Assembly (NCBI GenBank): GCA_964252035.1
Contig: OZ176206.1
From: Podarcis erhardii
Lineage: Eukaryota
Length of the DNA stretch: 64,000 bases
Reading direction: 5' to 3' (one strand)
Shown here: positions 47,545 to 59,260 of the stretch, piece after piece
How positions within the stretch are numbered: position 1 is the first letter of the stretch
Layout of the letters: each line of letters starts with the position of its first letter
Position numbers and translations under genes: made by a program
The notes under the pieces: model-generated
Database searches by the model: none
Told to the model about the DNA's origin: nothing
What the model saw: only the letters and a program-made list of their open reading frames with translations

Positions 47545-48159
47545 GTACGCATCTCTCCAACCATAGAGGCAACACACCGGCTACGCAACTGCTCTCTGAA
47601 GGACCCAGATGGCCACATCCTCAAGGAAGCAGGCACAAAGCTCAGGAGAGAGAGAACCGTGAGGTTTTTAAAAAGAAGAAACCCAGGTGTTGCTGGACTC
47701 CAACTCCCATCAGCCCCGACCAGATAGTCAGTGGGCTGGGATGCTGGGAGTTGTAGTCCCAACAGCTTCTGATGGGTCACAGGTTCCCCATCCTTTTTGG
47801 AGGCATCTTTCTGGGAATCACGAAGGGGCAGCTGGTGGTCTGCCTTAGAACCAGCAGGTGGCGCCCAGAACAGCTGTCTTATAGTTCAAAGTGTATCATT
47901 TAAGCATGACTACGTAGCCCTGCTGGTGCATATATAACCAACCTATATGTTGTGTGTTCAAGGCAGTTTAGCATGGATTAAAAGTTGCTGTGTCTTTCAT
48001 ACTTCCACTCAAGTTTGAGGAAAGGGTTGTTTTCCATCAGTGTTTTTAAGTCTGTGAGGCTTATAAGATAGGGTATGGTGTGGAGAAAGTGGATAGAGAT
48101 ATTTTTTATTCTTCTCTCATTATAGTAGAACTTGAGATCTCCCAGTGAAACTGACTGGC

Positions 48160-48310
48160 AGTATTCAGAGGGATTGCTGTGTTAATCCGTCACAGCAAAT
48201 ACAGCAGAGGCTTGTGGCACCTTTTTAGAGACCTAACACATTTATGACGCCATATGTTTTAGTGGACCAGACTCCACTTCATCAGTTGCACAAAGTGTAA
48301 TCCTAAATTG
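48160..48310 (-). mobile_element. Degenerate Penelope-like terminal fragment (second family)
   Basis: TTCAGAGGG.T.GCTGTGTTA.TC...GTGGCACCTT..AGA..CTAACACATTT...GTGGA...TCCACTTCATCAG. A shorter relative lies at about 57105-57190. Confidence 0.55.
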
Positions 48311-48559
48311 GCCGCTATATATACATGCACACAGTTGGATGGTGATATGTGTGCCAACAGCAATAGCAGGCTATTTAACATCAGTCACTCATTTGTTTGT
48401 GTCCTGCTTTTCCACAAGATGGTATCCAAAGCGGCTTTCAGCAATGTATGAACAAAATGGCCAAGAGTACTACGTTATTGTGCTCAAAGCCTTATTCAGC
48501 CATATTGAGCTTCTCTCGAAATGTAGATTTCTAACCAGGGCACTCTCTTCTCTCTACAG

Positions 48560-48723
48560 GCTCTCACTGCAGCTGATTTGAACCTAGTCCTCTACGTCTG
48601 TGAGACAGTTGACCCTCAGCAAGTGTTTGGGCAGCATCCTTGCCCACTGTCCCAGCCTGTCCTCTTGTCTCTCATTCAGCAGCTCTCCTCAGATTTGGGA
48701 GCTCGGACAGAACTGAAACTGAA
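48560..48723 (+). CDS. EDC4: EDC4 exon 28 (ALTAADLNLVLYVCE...RTELKL)
   Basis: TACAG / GTGAGT, 164 nt. Confidence 0.96.
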
Positions 48724-49179
48724 GTGAGTATCGCCCAGTGGTGCCTAACAGTAGATGCAGCCTTTCCTTCCACAGGGAAGTGGCAAGTGCTTCCTACTTC
48801 AGGGCCCTGTATGTTCCGCCCTTTAAAATGCAGACAAAATTCCTGCATCTGGGAAAAACTTGTGTTCTTTATCTTACTTTGTACAAGTCTGTTTTTGCTG
48901 GCCATGGAAGGATGCCGTGCAGGACACTAAAGGCCCAGCTATACCTGCTAGACATCTTATTCAGCCATCTCTATTTCTGAGTTTAACAGATGTTGTACAC
49001 ATACCTTCAAGTGCACCTTTAAGGTCTGGAAACTTGCTTTCTTCACACATAAAACAAAGAAACTCGGGGAGCTCAATTCTGCCCATTCCCTACACATTCA
49101 TGGAATGTCATTCTATACACATGCCTGCAGTTTTGCAGCCAGGATCACAACCGTGCTGTGCTCTCTCTCTCCTTTGCAG

Positions 49180-49372
49180 TTACCTGGAGGAGGCAGTGAT
49201 GCATCTAGACCACAGCGACCCCATCACCCGCGACCACATGGGCTCTGTGATGAACCAAGTGCGGCAGAAGCTCTTCCAGTTCCTGCAGGCAGAGCCTCAC
49301 AACAGCCTGAGCAAGCCAGCCCGCCGACTCATGATCATGCTTCAAGGCCTGGTCACACCCAGCATGTCCTAA
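49180..49372 (+). CDS. EDC4: EDC4 exon 29 (YLEEAVMHLDHSDP...LVTPSMS*)
   Basis: TGCAG acceptor, TAA at 49370-49372. Confidence 0.97.
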
Positions 49373-49994
49373 CAAGGCTCAAGCAGCCTCTCCACAAGGG
49401 CGTCCATCATTGCTAACCAAATGTGGCTTTTTCTTTTCTTTTTCTAATGCTCTTGCTGGGAAAATACGTCCACGCTACAGATGTGTGGGATGGATAGAAG
49501 GGTCTGAGCCCCAGCTGTGTTAGCCCCGTATAATCCAGTTCTTTTCTGTGTGAGCAGACCATGGCCCTACCCACCACCTGCCTCTCTTTGTACTGTACAA
49601 GTTAGATGCGCAGACACTAATCCCATCTTCCTCCTATTTTCTAGCTTGGAGCCCCTCCCCAAGAATTTGAGGGGGTTGGCAGAGCTTGGCAAGCCTTGCC
49701 CTTTCGTTTCAGGAGTACCCTGCCAAGGTAGTCGGAGGTCAAAGGTGCCAGCGGGTTGTGAGTCACAGCAGCCATAGTGAAGTATTGCCTCCACCTGCAC
49801 TGCTTGTGGGTGAGGGATGAAAAGTTCATGAAGCCCACCCGTCCTGGGAAGCAGCATTGGTTCTTTGTGTGGTGGAGCATGTTCATGAGTTAGACAACTC
49901 CTTTCATTATTATTATTATTTTGCTTTTTCACCACTTTTTTCCTTTTTATCTAGACTCTTAATCTTTCATTTTTGAATAATGTTTAACAAGTTC

Positions 49995-50000
49995 AATAAA
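49995..50000 (+). terminator. EDC4: Candidate EDC4 polyadenylation signal AATAAA
   Basis: About 620 nt after the stop, with U-rich sequence upstream and a GU/U-rich stretch downstream. Confidence 0.65.
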
Positions 50001-53000
50001 TGACTTTTTTGGAGGAAAAAAACCTGCTTCTGTTTCGTTCTGGGCCTGGTGGGGGAGCTCACTCTCTTAGTCAGCGCTGGTCACACTGCAACTGATGGGT
50101 AGGAAACTTTGAGGCCACTGGTCCGATATGGCCTACAGCACTCCTCCTCACCCTCACCCCTGCATGCTGCAATTAGGCCTGAAAGCAGCCTTTGAGCCAA
50201 TAGGAAGCTGTTTTCAAGCCTAATTGCTTTGGGAAGGAACCTTGCGGGACTGCCTTTAGGTAGGTAAGGGTTAACCCTCTCTGTGTGCTGCGCCTCTGCC
50301 AAAATCCTCCCCAAGTAGTCTTGGAAAAGAAGTTTCATTGTCCGAGAGGCTGTTCTCAAATGTATAGATGTCCAGGGTGGGGACTTGAAGCCTAATTGCC
50401 TCTCCTTAGGGGATAGTCTCCAAGCTTGATGGTTGCTGCTGGGGTGGGTGTGTGCGCGTGTGTGTAAAAGAGAATTAGGGGGGCATATGAACAAATGTAC
50501 TTATTGGCAAGCAGCCCCTGGAAGGTTAGCTATGAAGAAATGTGACCCTTTGGCTGAGAGATTTAATCCCCACCATCACCCATCCTCAGGGAGGATTCTG
50601 ACTCCCTTTTTATGCCTGAAGCTGCCAAACCAAAGTGATATCAGGTAAATTGGAAAGGCTTTTTTTTTAGCAAGACTGCTTGTTGAAGGGGCATTTCCTC
50701 CCCCTCTCCCAGTTATCACAGCCAGAGGGCCCGTCTCCATGAACCCTGTTGAATGTACGAGTCATTCATTCAAAGAGAAGCTTCATCATGCCATGTTTAT
50801 TTAGTCACAGCCTTAGCTATTCCTGTTGCCGCATCCCTCATTACATTGCTATCAGTCCCACGGTGGGGTGCCTCTGTGACATCTGACATGCATTTTCCTG
50901 GAGTAAACCTTCAGCAGTCTTCTTACCCCAGCCCTCCTTTTAAATCCGTCTCTATCCTTGTCAGTGTTGTTCTTTAGGGACACAAACCTGATACAAAAAA
51001 ATCACAGCTAGAATGTAATGTACACTTTTGCCGACACTGGAACATCAAGCAGGATACAGATGGCCCAGACTGAGAGGGGATGCACAGTGTCAATGGCTGA
51101 AATTTAATTAATTCAGCCGCACCCCCAAAATTAAAGTAAACAACTGCAGGTCACCAGCTGTTTGCTCCTTCCTCAGTATTTCATTAGTTCAATGCATCTC
51201 CCCTTTTTTGTGACTCTCTAGAGCCCCCAGTTGCTCCCAACCCAAGAAGCAAGAAAGCCATTTAACAGGCTTTATAGCTGTGACAAACCAATGAGATTAT
51301 TCCTGTTGCCAGGGCATCAAGCTTTTTGTGGGCTAAGGCAGATGTTGCAGCATCCAACATCCCTGGGATACATTTTTTTAAATCACAAGTAGAACAAGAA
51401 AGCTGCTGTGGAGAGGGTTTTTCTTTCACCAGAACACATGGTGCTGTTTGAATGCTGGAGCGTGCTTTTTCCCCCTTGTTCTTCCTACCACTGTCTAAAA
51501 TGTGCTTGGGACCACTTTGCAAATCTGCTTTTCCACCTGCGCACATGCAGTGTACTCTGAAGCAATACTTGCTATGAGTTTCTTATAGTTTCTTCTGCAA
51601 CCTGGAAAACCTAACAAGTCATCATATAAACCCAACAGATCAGTAATTCCAAAGTTCAAAACAAACTCTTGGGAGCTGTTGATGTAGATGATGCACGTTT
51701 ACATGCACAATAAAATTCCACTATGCATCCTGAAGGTTAAGCCAATCCTTGTAAGGCCTTAAGATAGTATGTAATCTCATATACAGGATTATTCCATTTG
51801 TTTTTATACCAGAGCATCACATCTGACTCCTGTAACATTTTCCATTTTTGTACAATAGATAAATGCACAGCAACTAGTAAAAATTTACAAGTTATTTACA
51901 TGCATGTGTATATGTGTAATTTATTAGATTTATATATTATATCTAATAGATCACACAAGATAAAGGCACAAATAAATAGTTAAAACCGAAACAACAAAGC
52001 AATAACCGCCTCCCACGAACACATTTAAAGGCTGTAGAATACTAATCAGCAGTGTAGAACAAGATTTCATATTATTGAGATCTGAACTGGGGGTCCTATA
52101 TCATCTATGTTAAATATTTCAAGTTTTCCTAATATTTGCCAATATAGATACTATTGGCTGCTCCAACCTGATTCCCCCCCAATCTAGCTTTCAGATTTGT
52201 TTTTGAAATAGTTTCCAATCCTGTCCTTGGGCCCAAAATAACATTAAATAATTCTGCATAAAGTTCAGCAACCAATCCTTTCCCAGAATAAACCCTATTC
52301 AATATAATACCCTCTGAACTTGTGTAAGAAGCCAGGGAGTCTGGGCATGGATCTGAGAGTCTGACAACAAATGAGATACTTGACGTAAATGCAACCCACC
52401 CATGCCCAGGTCTCCAGTCTTCACAAGGAGTTGTTCCTGAGTAACAGACTTGGGTTTTTTTTATATAAAAATCCCTCATTGTAAAAGACCATTTAACCTC
52501 CCATTTCAATACCACTTCCATTACATTTATGACTCATTCCTAAAACATCTTGAAGTGATTTAACAATAAAAACAATTGTGTGTGCGTGTTTGTGTGTGTG
52601 AAGAGGCTGGAGCCAGATAGCAGTTGGGAATGAGGGCTTTAGGGATTAAAGTATATTCTGAAGGGAAATATCCCTTTCCCAGCTGGCTTCTGTGCCAGGG
52701 CTGGGGGTGGGGAAGGGCTGAGATGCCTGCCTCTCAGAGGCTGGCCAGCTTGCTCAGATCTGAGAGCAAGTGGGGTGCGGGCTAGCAAAGAAGGGCAATT
52801 CTCTCATGCATCCGTCTTCCTTCTTGAGGCAAGCCCCATCAATCGCAAGCTGTCCTCTTCCAGCCCACACCTGCCTGCTTGCCTGCTCACTTGCATTCTC
52901 CGGTCCATGGGGCGGCACTCACGGTCAGCTTCCTCTCCCTCAATCTCAGTGTTGCCATTGGATAGGACAGTAGGGAAACAGGTGTAGACAAAACTAGGAT

Positions 53001-53009
53001 GAGTTGGCT

Positions 53010-53730
53010 CTGCCTAAGAACAAGGAAGAGTCTGCTAGATAAGGCCAATGGCCCATCTAGTCCAGCATCCTGTTCACACAGTGGTTGAATAGTTGCCTCT
53101 GGGAACCAAGCAAGCAGAATTTGAACCCAAGAGCACTCTACCCTCCTGTGGTTTCAAGCAACTGGTATTCAGAAGCATTGCTACAGCTGCAGCTAGTAGC
53201 CACGGATAGCTCTCTCCTCTGTTAATTTCCATTCCCGTTGGCGGCCATCACTGCCTCCTGTGGAAACCAGTTCCATATGTGCTGCCTGAGGGAGTGCTTT
53301 CTTTTATCTGTCCAGAACATCTTCCAACATTCAGCTTTGCTGTATGTCTACAAGTTCTAATTTTGTGAGAGGGAGAAAAGCTTTTCTCTATCCGCTTTCT
53401 CCATGCCAGGCATCATTTTATCCATTTCTATCATGTCACCTCTTACCTTTTCTTCAAACTAAACATGGCAACCTTTCTTCACAGGAGAGTCACACCATTT
53501 GATCATTTTGGTTGCCCTGTTTGGAAACTTTGCCAACTCTTTTGAGGTGAGGTGACCAGTGCTGTATACTGTATTCCAAATGTTGTTGCACCATAGATCC
53601 GTATAATGGCATCAGTTTTATTTTCAGTTCCTTTCCTAAGGATGCCTAGCATGGAATCTGCATTTTCCATGGCTGCCACAAGCTGGGGCGACATCTTCAT
53701 CGAGCTATTTACTATGACCTCAAGGTCTCA
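53010..53730 (-). mobile_element. Old CR1 LINE 3' fragment
   Basis: Minus-strand peptide MKMSPQLVAAMENADSMLGILRKGTENK resembles the CR1 RT at 55392-55931. Frameshifted; boundaries approximate. Confidence 0.7.
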
Positions 53731-54900
53731 CTTGTGGTCTATGGACTAAGAGTGGACGCGTGGGCACACTTTTGAACAGATCATGTGGCTCTGGTTGTCA
53801 TTGGCTCTGGTTTCACATACTGTTTAGGCCAAGTTCAAGTAACTTATTGCACTAGCGGGAGCTGGCACAGTGATTCCTGCTAGAGCAATGGGAATTCCCT
53901 CTCTCCTCCCCCAAGTTCCCTCCCGACTATACCCTGCTCTGGAGGGTTGGGAGGATACCCAAAAATAGATTGGGGGGGGGGGAACGCTGGGGAAAGAGGT
54001 TCCAATCTGCAAGGAAAATCCTTGTGCTGATGGAACTCCATGGCCTTAGCACTGCATTGAAGGCAACCTATTGTCTCCCTATCTTCCCCTGCACCTGTCA
54101 GTCCCCCTGCCTAAATCCGACTAACCCTACTGTGTAGGGTGGCTGCCTAGGCAACTAATTGTTAGCTATTTTATTTGTTATTAATGGTTGCAACCAACTA
54201 AGTTCTACTCACTCAGAGGAATACATTGAAGTTAATAGACACGACTAATTCAGACCCATTAATTTCAACAGGTCTACTCGGAGTAGAACCTAAAACCGGT
54301 TTTTATGGCCAAGAAGAGGAGAGGTGCTTGCAGGGTTTTCTGCTCCAAGTGTTAAAATAAGCTGGCTGGATTTGGCCGTTATTTTGGTGGTGCTAGGTAG
54401 TCGGGCTATTTGCTGCTCCCTGATCTATGCAACGCCAGCGCCCTAGCTGTTGTTGCTGCGGCTGCCGCCTCCGCCTTCTCCTCCATCTGCGGCCAGCCGC
54501 TTCGAGGGTTGAGGGAAGAGCAACTTTTTACAAGCTTGCTGCCCGGGCAGCAGCCACCGCACTGCGGCTCCGGCGGGGCTAGAGACTTTAAGACGAGGCA
54601 AGAGAGAGAGAGAAAACTTCAGTTCCTTACGAGCTGCAGTGCAGGACGACGACACCAGGAACTTGCATGGATCCTGTGCCATTTAAGAATAGTTTGCTCC
54701 AGGTTTCCGCGCGCGCGCTCGGAGTGGGCGCTCGGCAGAAGGCAGGTGCGCAGATCAGTTCCACCTCGGCCCGCTCCTAGAGGCCGCGAGGCGAAGCTCC
54801 GCGGGCCGGATCCGGGGGGCGGGGCGCGGGGGCGGGGCCGAGAGGGGAGGCGCTTGGCGCCGCTCGGCTTCTTGCTCTCCCGCCTGGCTCCGCACTGAGC

Positions 54901-54902
<2 letters not shown>

Positions 54903-54935
<33 letters not shown>
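54903..54935 (+). repeat. (CTG)11 in the probable 5' UTR
   Basis: Read directly. Ends 21 nt before the ATG at 54957. Confidence 0.95.
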
Positions 54936-54937
<2 letters not shown>

Positions 54938-54956
54938 ACTGAGCGCCGGCACCACC

Positions 54957-55011
54957 ATGGGCTGCGGGGCGCTGCTGGGGTCCTTGGCGCTGTTGCTCCC
55001 GCTGCACCTGG
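54957..55011 (+). CDS. NRN1L: First coding exon of a secreted/GPI protein, probably neuritin-1-like (MGCGALLGSLALLLPLHL-)
   Basis: Strong Kozak context CACCACCATGG, hydrophobic signal-peptide-like sequence, 55 nt with a phase-1 GTGAGT donor. The name rests on recalled NUTF2-EDC4-NRN1L synteny; no mature-domain exon was seen. Confidence 0.6.
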
Positions 55012-55350
55012 GTGAGTATCAGAGAGGTGTGCTCGGGTCTAAGCCGGGCGGCGAGTGTGCAACGGGAGTGCAAGAGGCCAGGCGAGGGAGTTGAGTGTGC
55101 AAGCTGCCAGCCGCGTAAGGGGTGGGGAGAGAGGGCAGCCCGGCGCTTGGAGGAGCGTGCAAGGGGGACAGACGAGAGGCGTGCAAAGTCTTTCGAGCAA
55201 AGGAAGACCGCGAGCATCGCTGCGCCTGCTTGGTAGCTCGGGAGCGGGGCTTGTGTCCCAGTGGGCGCGGATCGGCTTGGGCTGCACGTGCGTGTGTGTG
55301 ATGCTCGCGATGAAAGAACGGGGACAAAACGAGCAAAATTATTTTCCATA

Positions 55351-56105
55351 GGGACAAATGTCAGGTTCTACACTTAGGCAGGAAGAACCAGTTGCACAGT
55401 TATAAGGCGGCGGACACCTGGATTGGCAGTAGGACATGCGGAAAGGAACTAGGGGTCTTAGTAGACCACAAGCTGAGCATGAGTCCTCAGTGTGGTGCAG
55501 CAGCAGAAAAGGCTAATGCTATTCTAGGCTGTATCAACAGAAGTATAGTGTCCCGAACAAGGGAAGTCATAGGACCGCTCTATTCTGCCTTGGTCAGTCC
55601 ACACCTGGAATACTGTGTTCAGTTCTGGGCACCACAATTTAAGAAGATTGACAAGCTGGAACATGTGCAAGGGAGGGTGACCAAGATGATAATGGGCCTG
55701 GAAACCAAGCCTTATGAAGAACCGTTGAGGGAGCTGGGTATGTTTAGCCTGGAGAAGAGGAGACTGAGAGGAGATAAGATAGCCATTTTCAAATATTTAA
55801 AGGGCTGCCCCAGGGAGGATGGAGCAAGCTTGTTTTCTGCTGCTCCGGAGGCTAGGACCCAAACCGATGGATTCAAGTTACAAGAAAGAGAATGCCAACT
55901 AAACATCAGGAAGAACTTCCTGACAGTATGAGCTGTTTGACAGTGGTTCAGACTCCCATGAGAGGCGGCAGACTCTCCTTCCTCGGGGGTTTCTAAGCAG
56001 AGATTGGATGGCCACCTGTCTTGTATGGTTTTGTTGAGATTCCTGCATTGCAGGGGGTTGGACTAGATGACCCTTGGAGTCCCTTCCAACTCTACAATTC
56101 TGTGA
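55351..56105 (+). mobile_element. CR1 LINE, 5'-truncated (RT C-terminus and 3' UTR)
   Basis: ORF 55392-55931 (LGVLVDHKLSMSPQC...LYSALVSPHLEYCVQFWAPQFKK...LGMFSLEKRRLRGD) and terminal TCCCTTCCAACTCTACAATTCTGTGA. Confidence 0.92.
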
Positions 56106-57682
56106 CAAGTGTTCGTGAAGATGCCGCTGCTTGGTTCTGCAGCCGCGCGCCTGTGCATCTAATTTTGCGATCTAATGGCAAAAGTGCATTACTTAAGGAT
56201 GTAAGCCCCGCTGCGTTTGGGGGGTACCCTCAGCTCATCCTGCTAAATAGGACCCAGAACATCGGCCTCCAAGTCCTGCCCTGCAATGCTCGGAGCGCTT
56301 TAGACTGCCTCTCTCCCTCCCCCGGCCCCAGCCCAGGGCTCCGCGCCAGGAGGATCTCCCTGCTTCCTGTCTGCGGTCTGCCTGCTATGAATGGAGGCGC
56401 CGTGCGCGCCTTCCCCTAAGTGTGTGAACACCGGAGACCAGCGTTCCGATCCTCCCCTCAAGCCCCGGGTGCGTTGCCAGGCCAGCAGCGGAGACCTCTG
56501 GCTCGCCAGTTTGTTCTCCTGCACCTTAGAAACCCTGCGCGCTCGTATAGGAAGCCCTCTCCCGGGGTGCCTTTTCTTCAGCACCACGATCTCCAACAAC
56601 CGGTCCGTTTTCTGGTGGTATGGCTCAGCCTTCTCCAACCTAGTGCCATTCAGATGTTGTTGGACTACAACTCCCATCATCTCTGACCATGCGGCATGTA
56701 GGGGCAGGTGGGAGTTGGAGTCCAATGAACATCTGGGGGAGCACCAGGTTGGAGAAGTTTGGCACAGCTGCATCCTCTGTTACGCTGGCAAACAAAGGAT
56801 GTGGAATCCTACATTGTGGGTTGTATCCAGTGTTACCCCTACGCAGAGTAGACTTACTGGAATTAACTGACATGACTTAGGTCCATCAATCTCAATGTGT
56901 CTACTAGGAGTATAACTTGCTTGGGTACAATCCAATATTTCTAACAGATGGCTTCACATGTTGAAAGCACTCTTCTTCCTCCCCCCTTTTTTTGGCATGA
57001 TCAAGGTGGAGAAAAAAGGGGTTGAATTTGTTTCCTTTTTCCTTCCCCCCTTTTCAAATGCCTTCCTATGGGTGGACTGGTATTTTGAATTTGTTCTGGG
57101 GTGGGGGTGGTAGCTGTGCCAGTCTGCTACAGCAAGCATAACAGAAAGTCTAATGGCCCCTTAAAAGACTAACAGGTTTGTTGTGGCAGCTCTTTTAATG
57201 AGTGTGTGTGTGAGAGAGAAGCAGGGTGTCCTTGTTAATCTGGAATCTGGAGCAAGAGGGCACCACATTGCCATGCAATTGCCCAGAATGGATCCCCTGG
57301 GAGTTGGAGCTGTCTTTAGCTCAGCTTGGCAAAGTCTTTTCAGACGGATGGAGTTTTCATTGTGGCTTGAATCGTGGCGTTTCAGTTGAGCTTGGCATAA
57401 GTGGCATAGAGTTATTTCCTGACGCTGAAAAGACGGTCAGTGACCCCAATGTGCCCTCAGTTGCAGTGATGTATCTGTGGATGGGGGGGAGGCAACAATT
57501 CCAGCAATTGTTGCTTCTGATTGTATTGCAAAGTATGTTGCATTCCACCCGTCTAGACCTGTTAAAATTAATGAACATTACTGATGTAGGACTGTTTGTT
57601 TCAGTGCATCTACCCTGAGCAAAAGTTAGTTAATTACAATCCTTTGTTTGTTCCTCTAGCCTAGCATGAATTATTTATCATT

Positions 57683-58030
57683 AGGGGAAAGGCTGTAGCT
57701 CAGTGGTTAGAGCATCTGCTTTGCATCTAGAAGGTCTCAGGCTGACTCCTTGGCATCCCCAGGTGGGGCTGAGAGAGACCTCAGAGTGAAACCCTGAGTG
57801 TAGTTCAGGGGTTCCCAAGCTGGTCCATGGACTACCAGTTGCATTCAGACTTCAGCACAGCACATTATAGTTGCTACAATTGTCAGAAAAACCCTTAAGT
57901 GGTCTGCCAAGGTCCTCTGCAGTTTTCAGGTGGTCCATGTGGGGAAGAGATTGGGAATCCCTGGTGCACAAAATTCTGAGTTAGATGGACTGATGGATTT
58001 ACTTGGAATACAGGAAGCTGCCATATTATG
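57683..58030 (+). mobile_element. Squam3-like tRNA SINE interrupted by a hAT-like MITE at 57806-57963
   Basis: Head GGGGAAAGGCTGTAGCTCAGTGGTTAGAGCATCTGCTTTGCAT. Inner TIRs CAGGGGTTCCCAA / TTGGGAATCCCTG. The SINE tail resumes after 57963. Confidence 0.6.
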
Positions 58031-58819
58031 ATGTGCTATTTTTGTTCCATCCTTTCTTCCCATTTTATCATAACAACAACCCTGTAAGGTGGGCTAAACT
58101 GAGAGTGTGGCTAGTTCAACATCACCCAGGAGACTTCATGACTGAGCAAGGGTTTGAACCCGGATCTCCTGGCTTCCAGTCTGTTAATCTAGCTGCTTTG
58201 TTGTGTATTCTGGTAGCTGATCTTCAGGATCCCAGGCTGGTGGTCTGTTCTACCTGACCCTTTTACCTGGAGATCTGCTAAGGTATTGAATGTCAGGCCT
58301 TCAGCATGCAAAGCATGTGATATGCCCCTGAGCTGTGATCCCTCACATTCAAGCATAAATTGCAAGATCATCTCTAGAACATCTGTTGTAGTTGGTTATT
58401 TGTAATAATCAGAAATAGTTGGCACAAACTGGCATAACAATTCATGGAATATTTCACACCTTGTTTTGGTTATCCTCTTAGGCTGTGATCCTATAGACAT
58501 TTACCTGAGTTCAACAGTACTTACTTCTGAGTATACATGCCTAGGGTTGTGCTGTCAATCTGTCTTCTGGCCCTGCCATAGTGGCACTCTCTGGTTTTTG
58601 CCCAGCCTGGGGTGTGGTAGTATCAGTTTGGAAAGGACAAGAATGAATGAGGATTTGCAGTGCAGCTGACATTTGAGACTGAGTACACTCTTGTTCTGCC
58701 CCCTCTCCAACGTCAGAGCAATGTTCCCAGTGACGGACAGGCAGTGAGGTAATTAGGAAGCTTTACAAATCTGTGATTTGTTGACTCACCTTATTCCAGT
58801 TGGTTAATATGTGGGCATA

Positions 58820-59260
58820 TAACACATAACACAGGTTCTGAAAGACCTACATTGGCTCCCAAGATGTTTCCGAGCACAACTCAAAGTGTTGGTGGTGCTG
58901 ACCTTTAAAGCCCTAAACAGCCTCGGCTCAGTATACTTGAAGGAGCGTCTCCACCCCCATCGTTCTGTGCGGACACTGAGATCCAGCACCGAGGGCCTTC
59001 TGGCAGTTCCCTCACTGCAAGAAGCAAAGCTGCAGAGAACCAGACAGAGGGCCTTCTCAGTAGTGGCGCCCGCCCTGTGGAATGCCCTCCCATCAGATGT
59101 TAAGGAGATGAGTAATTATATAACATTTAGGAAACATCTGAAGGCAGCCCTGTGTAGGGAAGCTTTTTAATGTTTAATGTTTTACTATGTGTAAGCCACC
59201 CAGAGTGGCTAGGGCAACCCAGTCAGATGGGCAGGGTACAAATAATAAATTAGTAGTAGT
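58820..59260 (+). mobile_element. L2 LINE 3' fragment
   Basis: HITQVLKDLHWLP...VLTFKALNSLG...RAFSVVAPALWNALP and a tail ending in (TAG)n. Confidence 0.85.

Larger units (their letters stand above)
18598..49372 (+). other. EDC4: EDC4 (enhancer of mRNA decapping 4 / Ge-1) gene span, 29 coding exons, 1400 aa
   Basis: Exon lengths sum to 4203 nt in one continuous frame. N-terminal WD40 region, Ser-rich linker, KLKRKGKK basic motif and C-terminal helical domain match EDC4 as recalled. Confidence 0.97.
54400..55320 (+). promoter_or_regulatory. CpG island / promoter of the third gene
   Basis: CpG-dense, with clustered GGGGCGGGG boxes at about 54815-54840. Confidence 0.8.

Noticed and set aside
52129-52521. 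130-aa minus-strand ORF, possibly an old L1/Tx1 ORF2 fragment
   Set aside because: The resemblance is too weak to call without a search.
56577-56588. TTCAGCACCACG resembling an RE1/NRSE (REST) site in a probable neuronal gene
   Set aside because: Only the left half is present, and no GGACAG right half follows.
57683-57760. tRNA-like sequences here and at about 370-440, 21340-21410, 25090 and 30884
   Set aside because: They continue into SINE bodies and lack intact cloverleaf stems, so they are SINE heads and not tRNA genes.
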